Below, piece after piece: positions 50,167 to 59,902 of a DNA stretch of 64,000 nt. The notes under the pieces are model-generated. The model was not told the origin of the DNA. It saw only the letters and a program-made list of their open reading frames with translations, and did no database searches. The number at the start of each line of letters is the position of its first letter. Positions within the stretch are counted from its first letter, which is position 1. Origin of the DNA: a virus; the IMG/VR virus record IMGVR_UViG_3300045988_079139, positions 4,378 through 68,377 of that record; one strand, given 5' to 3'. A program made the position numbers and the translations under genes.

Positions 50167-53100
50167 ATGGCACAACTAAATGATTTACTGGTATTGGGTA
50201 AATCTAATTTATTGGGCGATACTAGTATTTTTGGAGCCTTTAATATTAATGGTAATGTTGCTATCGACGGCACTTTAACTGTTGAAGATGCTACTTCATT
50301 AAAGAGTTCCTTGACAGTTGCTGGATCTTCTACGATTGGCGGAGCCACCACAATTGGTGGAGCTACTACAATTGGTGGCGTCTTAACCGCGTAGGATAAT
50401 ATTAAAGTTTCAAGTAATAAAACAATTATTCAAGCTCAAAGTTCTGGTAGTAACTACACTACAGTTATTAGATGGGATTGGGCGGATAAAGGTTCATTTA
50501 GCTACTATCCGCAAATTGGTCATCATAGTAATGGAGACACTACTGGCGCTATTGTTTTATTGCCATATGCCACTAATGCCAAGCCCTGGGATGCAAATGA
50601 TGGTTTATATATATCTGCGTCTAGATTAAGATGGAATAATTTAATTGCGGCTGATAATAGTAGAAATTTTTATCCTACTCAAAATGGCACTGGTTCCATT
50701 GGTACTTCAAGCTACTATTGGAATAATGGTTATTTAAATAACTTAACTATTAAAACAGCTTTAACTTTAAATGGAACAACATATTTAAATGGTAACTTAG
50801 TTTGGAAGCCAAGTGTTAATATTACTTGTACACCAACTGCTGCGAATCAAGAATTCTCAATTGACGTTGGTAGCAGTTCTTTTACAGGGTCTTATTTCCA
50901 TATTTGGTCTGCAGTTAAATCTACTTCGATTTTAAGTTGTTATCCAGATGATTTATCTGTGAAGATGGGCGGCGCTGTCACTATCGCAGGAGCCATCACA
51001 GCTAATAGTACAGCTTTAATTAAAGGCTCAACTGAAATTCAAAATAATGTTAAAATTACTAATGGTAACTTAACTATTCATAGAGACTCAACAAAGGCTG
51101 CAAATACACCAGCTAAAATTATTTTTTCTAACAAACAAACCGATGGTAATATTACAACAAATTCTGCCTGTATTGCTGCTTATGATGATCATGATGCCTC
51201 AAGTTATGGTCAAAATTTAGTTATTTAGGGTTGTTCTAATGTTGTTGTAGGTGCAGGTGAAAGTGCTACCAGTTTTTATGAAGCAGTTTTAAAAGATAGT
51301 TCATCAGAAGGTTTATATCTAACTTCTGATGGTAGTATTTATTTCTATCCTAAATGTGACACTGTTGCTAATAGAGTTGGAGTAATTCTTGATACTTCAA
51401 GACAGTTTTATCCCGACTCAAATAACACTGGTTCTTTAGGTGTAAGTTCTTACCGCTGGGCAAATGCATACATTGGTAATTTAAATGCTTCAGGAACTGG
51501 TACAATTTCTGGCAATACTTCTATTGGAGGCACATTAAGTGTAAGTAGCACTTTAACAGTTGGTAGTACCACATTATTAAAAAATACCTTAACTGTTCAA
51601 GGCAATATTTATATTAATCAAACTGCAGGTACAGGTACTGGCCTAGCTTTGTACGGAACAAGTGCACCTGCAACATATGGAGTTTATTTTGCTCAAACTG
51701 CTAATTTTAGTAAGCATGGCGACGTTCAAGGAGATTGGGCAACTTACTTTGGAATGAATGCCGTTGGTACAAGAGGTTGGATTTTCCGTCCTGGTACAAC
51801 AAATGTGGCAAGTATTTCCGCAAATGGTGTAGCATCTTTTTCTGCTATCGGTGATGGTGTTGCTTATTTAGCATTCCCCAAGGGCGGCACTCTAACTATT
51901 GGCTCTAGTGGCCAAAAAGGATATTTAACTATTGTAATGCCAGCAGGATTTAACTCCACAATGGTTAAATTCAAGGTATCTGTTTATAATTATTCAACCG
52001 GCACTTCTGTTGACTATATTATCGGAGGTTATTGTTATTCTTCTGATAATAAATGGTATAATCCAACTGCATATTGTATTGGTCCTAGAGGTAGCGGATT
52101 AGCAAACTTAACTGTTAATTACGGTATGTCTGGAAGTAATCCAGCAATTCAGATTGGTGCGGCAGACACAACTTGGGAATATCCAAATATCGCAATTTCT
52201 GATGTTTATTTAGGTCATAGCCGTAATTATTCTAATTGGTCTAAGTCATGGACCGTAAGTATTACCACAACTGCTATTACTTCTATCACACAAACTATAT
52301 CCAATACTTATATGGCCAACTTTAGCGGTACAAATAATAAAGTTGCTAAATTCTCTAATAGTGGTCTTAATATTACTAATAGTAATATTACTGATGATGG
52401 CTCCACTGTTACTATTGGTTCTAAACTTGTTGTTTAGGGTAATGGTAGTTCATATAATGAAGGTATTCGTATTTTACCAGCTTCAAATGGTTGGTCAAAT
52501 ATCTTCTTCTCCGCTGACTCCAGCGTTTAGGGAACTCATGATGGTGGATGGCTGATCGGACGACGCGGTGCCGTAGGTTCAACCGCAGGAGCTATTGGTG
52601 ACTTCACTATTGAAGAACAAGATTCTTCTGGCGTTAACCTCACTATTCACAAAGATGGTAATGGCGCAACGTTAATGGGTAGTTTACGCATTAATAAACC
52701 GATCATTTATAGCACAGAAGCTTCCGGTACTCGTATTCTGTATGGATCTACTCGTAATTCAGGTATGAAATATGACTATAGTGGCAATGAAAGTTTCATG
52801 ATTTCTGCTGGTACTTATGCATCTGCATCAATTCTACTATTGACCGGTGGACAATTAAATATGAATGATAGTAATGGTCAATGGAATGCTAGTACAACTG
52901 TTCCAGCAATGTCTCTGCGTAAGTCAGGTGTTGCAGTTAATTATAACTTAACTTCTGACCCAACTCATAATTTTTATGTTAAGGGTACTTCAAAATTTGA
53001 TGGTGTTGTTTTTGGTTATAATTATATTAATTCAAGTAACGCTGCAGCTTTTATGTGGGACAAGAATGGAACTAACTACACAGGCGTTGGTTCTTGTGGC

Positions 53101-54189
53101 GTAGCTGATACAATTCTTTTTGCTCCTTGTAGCGCAGACGGAGCTTGGGTAAGTAGTTATGAACAGATTTGGAGATTCCAAGGATCTATTGAATTCCCTC
53201 AAAACTCTGCTCGCGTAAGAGGAAATACTGCTACTGATTATACTCCTGTTTACATAAGTGGTGAGAAAAACACTTATGGCGGTATCGCTTTTTAGAATGG
53301 ATTGCATGTCATGTCTAGTGCAGATCACCATGGTTTTTGGGACGGTACATGGATCCTTTATCGAAACACTTCTCATGGAGCTATTAGTATTGGTACCGCT
53401 CAAACCACTGCTAACGGATATGCAATTACTCTTGCGGGAAGTACTTATATTAATGGTAATACATCCATTAATGGAACTTTAACTATGAGCAACGCTATTC
53501 AACTACAAGTTGATGGTGGTAACTGGTATAATCCTATTAAGAATTTAACACATAGTGGACTATATTATGATGCGTCAAGTTCTAATACTTCTACCTACTG
53601 GAGTTTAATTGCTTTAAAATTCCCTAACCAAACTTACTCTTTAGGTGGCGAGCGCTCCGGAAATACCTTCGGTATTTATAGTTACAATAACAGTAGAACA
53701 GATAACGGATACGATGGAGCTCTTTACGTTCATGGTGGCAACCACTACTTCTATTGTACTACTAGACTATATGGCGCTGTATGGAATGACTATGCGGAAT
53801 TCCGTACTCAAGAGCAAGAAGTAGCCCCAGGCTATTGTGTCGCTTCTAGAGATAATGGCAAAATTCATAAAACCCATAAGAGACTATAGGCTTGTGACGG
53901 TATTGTCTCTGATACTTATGGTTTCTCCATTGGTGAAAATGAAGAAAATAAAACGCCTCTTGCTGTTGCAGGTCGTGTACTTGCATACTGCGAAGGAGAT
54001 AAAAACGATTATCGTGCTGGTGATACTGTTTGCGCAAGCGAAAATGGTAAAGTCTGCAAGATGACTCGTGAAGAAATTCAAATGTGGCCTGACCGAATTG
54101 TTGGTACAGTTTCTGAAATTCCTGATTATGAAATTTGGGGAACTGGAAAGGTTAAAGTTAATGGTCGTATTTGGATTAAAGTAAAATAA
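50167..54189 (+). CDS. Tail fibre B (1,340 aa, about 8 TAG), paralogous to fibre A at the N-terminus and at an internal segment
   Basis: RBS gagagaaaggag. The N-terminus is MAQLNDLLVLGKSNLLG. The 50560, 51649, 52675 and 53302 fragments are co-frame. The segment DGSIYFYPKCDTVANRVGVILDTSRQFYPDSNNTGSLG matches fibre A. A TAG at 53887 precedes the last 100 aa, and the gene ends at TAA 54187. Confidence 0.65.
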
Positions 54190-54192
54190 TAT

Positions 54193-54232
54193 AAACCCAG
54201 AGAACAAAATGTTCTCTGGGTTATTTTTTTTA
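54193..54232 (+). terminator. Rho-independent terminator after fibre B
   Basis: aaacccagagaac-aaaat-gttctctgggtt hairpin followed by a T9 run. Confidence 0.8.
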
Positions 54233-54396
54233 TCTAAAAATACCTAAACAGGTATTCTTCAGGTCCTCTTCAATTCCATTAGTGGTCTCGTTGAGGTCCA
54301 CGGCTGGACAAATTTCATTAATTTTCCCATCCTAATTTTTACATATCTATGAGGGGATGGATAAGAAAATTTTTTGTATGGAAGGAGACCTTACAT

Positions 54397-54834
54397 ATGT
54401 ATTCCAACTATAATTATTATCCACAGCAAACCCAATAGCAAGTCAGACCAGTTATGACTCAATCACCCTATCAAACTTATATGCAACCTGGCCAATTACC
54501 TATGAGTTTAAAAGGTAGATTAGTTTCATCGCTGGAGGAAGCTCGTGCATCTTCCATTGACTTCGATGGTTCTGTATTCTACTTCCCCGATTTAGCAAAC
54601 AAACGAATCTATACAAAACAAATAAATATTGATGGCACTGCGTCACTGTATGTGTATGAATTAAGGGAAATGCCCGTTTAGAAAGAAGAGAGCAGCTTTG
54701 TTCCATCAGTTGAGAAATTTGTTACAAGAGAAGAGTTTGAGCGGGTCTTGGAGTATATTAAAACACTCCAAAAGCCAACCGAGCCGGCCGCATCCGCACC
54801 AGCTAAAGAAAAAGTAGAATTACTATCATTCTAA
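54397..54834 (+). CDS. Hypothetical protein (145 aa, 2 TAG) with a Gln/Tyr/Pro-rich N-terminus
   Basis: GGAGG RBS. The N-terminus reads YYPQQTQ(TAG)QVRPVMTQSPYQTYMQPGQ. The 54454 fragment is co-frame. Confidence 0.5.
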
Positions 54835-54844
54835 GGAGGTATGA

Positions 54845-55099
54845 ATGATGTATCCAGTAGACCCTAAAATGTTAATCCAAATGATTAGACAAGGGCAAAA
54901 CCCTCAGCAATTAATGATTTCAATTTTGCAAGGACAAGCCTACAATAATCCCCTCGGAAAAAATCTCCTAAATTTAGCACAGTCAGGTCGCACCGACGAA
55001 CTAGAGAAAGTAGTTCGCAATCTATACACCCAATAGGGAGGTAAGAATTTTGACCAAGACTTTGAAGCCTTTAAACGTGCAATAGGCTACAATACTTAA
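54845..55099 (+). CDS. Small hypothetical protein (84 aa if the TAG at 55034 is read through, 63 aa otherwise)
   Basis: AAGGAGG RBS, then a downstream TAA at 55097. Confidence 0.4.
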
Positions 55100-55119
55100 A
55101 TTTTAAGGAGGACAAAATT

Positions 55120-55827
55120 ATGTTTAATGGAAATGGTTATTCTTTGGCAGATGTCGCTGCCGCAACTCGTGGCACAGAAGATGGTTTCTTCGGTGGAGCA
55201 AATGGATGGTGGATTATCCTACTGTTTATGTTCTGCGGCTGGGGTAATGGCGGATGGGGTGGCAACCGCACTGGCACTGAGAATGTGCGCGATGCTGTCG
55301 CATATGGTTTCGACATCAATAATTTGGAGAATGGCGTTCGTGGTTTAGAACATGGCATTTGCGATGGTTTCTATGATATGAACACTTCTCTGCTAACTGG
55401 TTTCGGCAATGTTGCAATGGGCAATATGCAGAATACCAATGCTCTTATGGGTCGTTTGTCTGATATGGCTGCACAGAGTGCTGCCTGCTGCTGTGAGACT
55501 CAGCATCTAATTGAGAGAGGATTGTGTGAAGTTAATTATAATATCCTAACTCAATCTAACGCAACAAATACTAATATTGCGTCTGCCGCACGTGATATTA
55601 TTGAAAGCAACAATAACGGCGTTCGTTCCATCCTAGACTTCTTGACTCAGGACAAGATTGCTACTTTGCAGGCTGAAAATCAGGCTTTGCGCTTGACCGC
55701 TTCTCAGCAGGCTCAGAATGCTTTCTTAATCGACCAGCTAGGAACTAAAGCACCCGTTCCCGCATATGTAGTAGCTAATCCTTATGCTTCTGGATATTAT
55801 GCTGGCTGTGGATGCAGTAACATCTAA
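55120..55827 (+). CDS. Membrane-anchored Gly/Trp- and Cys-rich protein (235 aa), TAG-free, with host-like codon usage
   Basis: AAGGAGG RBS. It has one predicted TM helix (WWIILLFMFCGW) flanked by GG(A)NGW and GWGNGGWGG, then CCC and CGC cysteine clusters and a Gln/Asn-rich coiled-coil-like C-terminus. Gln is encoded almost entirely by CAG. Confidence 0.65.
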   Translation: MFNGNGYSLADVAAATRGTEDGFFGGANGWWIILLFMFCGWGNGGWGGNRTGTENVRDAVAYGFDINNLENGVRGLEHGICDGFYDMNTSLLTGFGNVAMGNMQNTNALMGRLSDMAAQSAACCCETQHLIERGLCEVNYNILTQSNATNTNIASAARDIIESNNNGVRSILDFLTQDKIATLQAENQALRLTASQQAQNAFLIDQLGTKAPVPAYVVANPYASGYYAGCGCSNI

Positions 55828-55840
55828 GGAGGAATGATAT

Positions 55841-56263
55841 ATGGAAATTATTGCTAATGCTGTTCAAACTGTTGCGGCAAATCAAAATGTTTATTTCACA
55901 GATTCCGTAACTTCTGGAAATTATTCAATTGAGCATCGTGACGGAAGTGGTTTAGTTACTCTTCGTGGTGTTACTGCTACTCAATGTCGTGCTCGTTTTA
56001 GAATTCATTTCGGAGCTAATATTGCCATTCCTACTGGAGGAACCGTAGAAGCAATTTCACTTGCAATTGCACTTGATGGTGAAGCAATCCCCTCAACAAT
56101 TATGACTATCACCCCAGCCGCAGTTGAAAATTATTTTAATGTAAGTGCATCAATTTTTATAGATATTCCAAAAGGTTGTTGCTCTCATGTAAGCATTCAG
56201 AATATTTCAACTTAGCCTGTATTAGTGCAAAATGCTAATTTAATTGCGGAGCGCTCTGCATAA
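55841..56263 (+). CDS. Hypothetical beta-rich protein (140 aa, 1 TAG)
   Basis: GGAGG RBS, TAG at 56213, TAA at 56261. A faint resemblance to the BclA C-terminal / C1q-like fold is speculative. Confidence 0.45.
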
Positions 56264-56275
56264 AGGAGGAGTAAT

Positions 56276-56701
56276 ATGAGTCACATAAAATTGATGTGGA
56301 TGGAGGAGCAGCTGATTGCAGAAGCTGAAAAACAATTTGAATGTTTGGAAAAAGTCTGCACAAAAGAACTTGGCGAAGTTATTGATATGATAAAAGATTT
56401 GAAAGAAGCTATTTATTATGAAACAGTGACTAAAGCCATGGAAGCTGGTGACTCTTATAAAACAGAAAAAAGCGACCATCTTCATGGAGAAGACGGCCGC
56501 CAAGAAAGTCGTAGCTATAGATATATAGAAGCACGAGAAATGAAAAAAGATAAAGCAACACAGTTGCGCGAATTAGAAAAGTATATTCAGGAAATGAGCT
56601 AGGAAATCATTGATATGATTAGTGATGCTTCAGTTGAAGAGAAAGCTTATTTGGAAAAGAAACTTACTGCTCTTGGAGTAAAAATTGGACAAATGAAATA
56701 A
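56276..56701 (+). CDS. Hypothetical coiled-coil protein (141 aa, 1 TAG)
   Basis: AAGGAGG RBS, TAG at 56600, TAA at 56699. Confidence 0.45.
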
Positions 56702-56751
56702 AAAAAATAAAGGCGAGATAATCATCGTGATTATCTCGCCTTATTTTTTTT
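56698..56751. terminator. Bidirectional rho-independent terminator between the converging late (+) and replication (-) operons
   Basis: aggcgagataat / attatctcgcct hairpin flanked by A9 on the left and T9 on the right. Confidence 0.8.
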
Positions 56752-56754
56752 GCT

Positions 56755-57225
56755 TTAAACAAGTGGGTCATTCTCAGTCTTTAATGGTAAAGCAACTGCT
56801 TTATTATAAAATGCTTCAGCTTGACCATTACCACCTAAACCTTTGTATAGCTTATAGAATTCGATTAATTGTTCCAGTTGTCCTTCAGTAATGTATCCTT
56901 GATGTAAAAAACCTTTACATAACTGAATTAGACGGAAACGATAGGACGCAACAATTAAGTTCATATGAGATTTTTCCATATTTTCATTATCACGGCAGTA
57001 TTTTCTTAAATCTTCTAATTCTTGAAATACTGGTTCTAATTCAATATCAATCTTATTCTCAATCTTTTCATCCAATTTCTATTCTGCTAAGGTGGCAGCA
57101 TTTTTCTCAGCTGTTTCTTTCTCTCTCATAATTTGAGAATTTTTCCATTTTGCATAGCCAATAACAGCAGCGCTAATTAGACCGAACAAAATTTCTGTTC
57201 CCCACTCTGCTAAAAGAGCTTCCAT
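56755..57225 (-). CDS. Membrane-anchored hypothetical protein (156 aa, 1 TAG between the TM segment and the soluble domain)
   Basis: The ATG at 57225 (minus strand) has GGGGG upstream. The N-terminus MEALLAEWGTEILFGLISAAVIGYAKW is a TM helix. An in-frame TAG at 57076-57078 joins it to the ORF-track fragment 56755-57075, whose start is TTG. Confidence 0.45.
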
Positions 57226-57290
57226 AAGAAAATCATCCCCCTTTCAACTTCTCTACTGATGTTAAGAAAAGTGAAAGAGGGATTAATAAG

Positions 57291-57776
57291 TTAAGACCAG
57301 TCGAATACTTCGACCTTGTTATTTACATAATGAGCACCAATACAAATAGCATCACATTCATCTTGAGTTGGTTTTACGCCATAGGTTTTTTCAACCCAGG
57401 CCTGTGCCGCTTTCTTTTGGGCTGGACGATCCTTGCCCTTGATTCCAAGAGTGGATTTCCATACCGTAGAAAGAACTGCGGTACGAGGCATTTTTAAAGT
57501 TACAAATAATTCATATAAAACGCCAAACACTTCTGCCAATGCTTTAAATGTAGCTACATTATTTGCCACATTACCTTGTAATTGGATATCTTCAAAAACC
57601 ACTTCATCAATATCATATTCATCAATGAGCGAGTTTACTTTACTTCTGATAAAATGTAGTCTATCTCCAACATCAGAATGGTCTGCAGTAAACTTGCCAA
57701 AAGTGACAAGCTTACCATCATTGAATACAGCCCATCCGCTTGTGCGGCTTGCTTGATCTAATGCTAGAACTCGCAT
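57291..57776 (-). CDS. ruvC: RuvC-like Holliday junction resolvase (161 aa)
   Basis: N-terminal motif MRVLALDQASRTSGWAVF with a RuvC/YqgF-like acidic catalytic pattern. TAG-free. Confidence 0.55.
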   Translation of the reverse strand: MRVLALDQASRTSGWAVFNDGKLVTFGKFTADHSDVGDRLHFIRSKVNSLIDEYDIDEVVFEDIQLQGNVANNVATFKALAEVFGVLYELFVTLKMPRTAVLSTVWKSTLGIKGKDRPAQKKAAQAWVEKTYGVKPTQDECDAICIGAHYVNNKVEVFDWS

Positions 57777-58315
57777 TACTTAGAAGTAGAGCCAAATCCG
57801 CCAGTGCGTTCTCCACCTGCGACGTCATTTTCAGTTACGCCGTAGGGAAGAATAATTGCCTGACCAATGGCCTCTCCCTTTTTGATTTGAATATTGAATG
57901 GAGATAGATTATAAATCTGGAAGAAGATTTCTCCTTCATTGTCTGGATTGTTGTAATAATCAGCATCAATAATGCCAATACCATTACCCATCATTAACCA
58001 ATACTTTAAAGGAGAAGAGCTACGAACACTCAACTGCAACCAAGTACCTGGGTCAAGCTTGCACTTCATACCAGTAGAAACAAGAGTTGGCTTGAAGCCA
58101 GTTTCCTTTGTGAATTTAGCCATTAGCTCCATAGTGACGAACTCATCATTAGCTACGGGCCACAACTCTTTAGCTTCTGCAACCATTTGCCACAAGGAAG
58201 GAATAATATAATCCTCTGCAGCAACCATATCATAACCTGCGGACTGTGCAGTCTTTCTGACCGGCATAGCAATATCCGCATCTGTATATTTAGAAACTTT
58301 TTCAAAAATAGCCAT
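57776..58315 (-). CDS. dut: dUTP diphosphatase (trimeric dUTPase, 179 aa)
   Basis: Motifs SVRSSS, GIIDADY...GE and the C-terminal GGERTGGFGSTSK. TAG-free. Confidence 0.85.
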   Translation of the reverse strand: MAIFEKVSKYTDADIAMPVRKTAQSAGYDMVAAEDYIIPSLWQMVAEAKELWPVANDEFVTMELMAKFTKETGFKPTLVSTGMKCKLDPGTWLQLSVRSSSPLKYWLMMGNGIGIIDADYYNNPDNEGEIFFQIYNLSPFNIQIKKGEAIGQAIILPYGVTENDVAGGERTGGFGSTSK

Positions 58316-58320
58316 CTTAA

Positions 58321-58566
58321 TTAACCCCTTTCATAAGATACGGTAAACACATCTTCAGGGTCTTTTTCTGCAGTGAACTGCTTAGTGGCCTGAACTACCA
58401 TATACTCTTCTATTACTTCGCCCTTGGCCTTAATCTGCTTTACCTTATAACTAAAGCCGACCAAGTCAAAACAAGGGTCGTTTAGAAGCTCGTCATGAAG
58501 AGCTTCAACTGCTGCCTCATCGGGCACTCTGTAAGTGTCAACTGCTTTCAATAAATATCTGCTCAT
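58321..58566 (-). CDS. Hypothetical protein (81 aa)
   Basis: ORF in the tightly packed minus-strand operon. Confidence 0.45.
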   Translation of the reverse strand: MSRYLLKAVDTYRVPDEAAVEALHDELLNDPCFDLVGFSYKVKQIKAKGEVIEEYMVVQATKQFTAEKDPEDVFTVSYERG

Positions 58567-58844
58567 TACTTTAATACCTCAACTTCAATATTATTCCAAC
58601 TATAATGTTTCTTTGAATATGCTAGCACATCTTCTGCAACGGCCGCACCGTACACACTATTACCAGCCAATGTTACTTTAAATACTTTTTTTGCATCACA
58701 AATAGCACTGATTACTTCTGGCAGTTCCTCCAAAGTAGTAATCGCAACCTGGTCCTTAGTGCCAACTGCGGGGTCAACAACATAGATATTTTGATGCAAG
58801 TCAAACATATGAATTTCGCAATATACTCTCTTCATCTCATTCAC
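58566..58844 (-). CDS. Hypothetical protein (92 aa)
   Basis: ORF with 1-nt and 8-nt overlaps with its neighbours, suggesting translational coupling. Confidence 0.45.
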   Translation of the reverse strand: MNEMKRVYCEIHMFDLHQNIYVVDPAVGTKDQVAITTLEELPEVISAICDAKKVFKVTLAGNSVYGAAVAEDVLAYSKKHYSWNNIEVEVLK

Positions 58845-59331
58845 CTACTTCTACAAGTCCCAAGTCATAAGGGAATAAATACAAACAAGTGGGTTCATCA
58901 TTATTAATAACCCAAATCTCAACAGCATCATTTGCTTCAGTCATATCTACTGCTTTAACAGTACCAACATTGGGAATGCAATCAGCAACAGTATCACCAA
59001 ACATTAGAGGCTCGTTTACCTTAAATAATGTAAAGTAAGAAATCTCTTTACCATACATCATATAATATGTGTTGTGATGAAAATTATAAAAATCATTCAA
59101 TAAAGCCTCAACTCTATCCCAGTCGGTTAAATCGGGAAGCTGCGCAATAATCTGCTTATTCATATCATATAAACTCAAATCAATGCCAGAACTTTCCATA
59201 TTGATCGTATTCCATTGATTATCTTTCCAGATAAGATATTCTCCTTCTGGGTTCTGGACAATTTCTCCCTCCTGGGGAGTATATCTGATTTGAGAAGGGT
59301 CAATCTTTTTGATTTTAATTTCATTGCCCAT
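58837..59331 (-). CDS. Hypothetical protein (164 aa)
   Basis: ORF in the operon, TAG-free. Confidence 0.45.
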   Translation of the reverse strand: MGNEIKIKKIDPSQIRYTPQEGEIVQNPEGEYLIWKDNQWNTINMESSGIDLSLYDMNKQIIAQLPDLTDWDRVEALLNDFYNFHHNTYYMMYGKEISYFTLFKVNEPLMFGDTVADCIPNVGTVKAVDMTEANDAVEIWVINNDEPTCLYLFPYDLGLVEVGE

Positions 59332-59369
59332 ATCAAATCTCTCCTTTATCTCTTGATATATCTATTATA

Positions 59370-59852
59370 TCAATTTTTTTTCTTTAAGTCAATAATTCGC
59401 TGATTGCGGGAGCCTCTCATTTCCAGTGTAACATCACGCTCTTCTTCAATATATGGACCATCAATTAAGAAGTCCGCAATCTCCAAAACGTGTTTTACTT
59501 GAGGATGACTCGCGTGTTGTAGCTGTTCATATGTATAGCCACTCCAGATATATACCTTTGTTCCTGGAACTTTCTCCTTAACCTCTTTAGCTACCAAATA
59601 GGTAAGGAAAGCATTTTCGTCACAAAGAGGTTCGCCGCCCATGATACACAAATCTCTTTGTATACCCTGGGCGGTTAGTCCGGAGATAATCTCATTTAAA
59701 GTCCCAGTAGTAAATTCCTTACCACGGTTGAAGTCCCAAGTTTCAGGATTATGGCATCCTTTACATCTGTGCGGACATCCTTGTACAAAAAAGCTGACAC
59801 AAAGACCGGGCGCGGCGGTAATATCATTTAAAATTAAACCACTATATTTCAA
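59370..59852 (-). CDS. nrdG: Anaerobic ribonucleoside-triphosphate reductase activating protein (radical SAM)
   Basis: CPHRCKGCHNPETWD radical-SAM cluster motif, a length of 160 aa, and a position directly downstream of nrdD. Confidence 0.85.
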   Translation of the reverse strand: MKYSGLILNDITAAPGLCVSFFVQGCPHRCKGCHNPETWDFNRGKEFTTGTLNEIISGLTAQGIQRDLCIMGGEPLCDENAFLTYLVAKEVKEKVPGTKVYIWSGYTYEQLQHASHPQVKHVLEIADFLIDGPYIEEERDVTLEMRGSRNQRIIDLKKKN

Positions 59853-59902
59853 TGGAATTTACTCCTTTCTTATTAGCGTAGCTAACTTGTAGTTAACTAC
59901 GA

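Noticed and set aside
54233-54396. Searched the 160-nt non-coding gap, and other intergenic regions, for a tRNA (especially an amber-suppressor tRNA) or a small RNA
   Set aside because: No cloverleaf-compatible sequence with a T-loop GTTCRA motif was recognisable by eye. A suppressor tRNA, if present, must lie outside this window. Only short imperfect inverted repeats were seen.
1089-56701. The alternative reading that the many interrupted ORFs are pseudogenes of a decaying prophage
   Set aside because: Decay would produce TAA, TGA and frameshifts as well. Here only TAG interrupts, about 100 times, and never TAA or TGA. Frames are perfectly preserved over 2-10 kb. TAG positions read as Gln in context. 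Other genes, such as nrdD and dut, are pristine.
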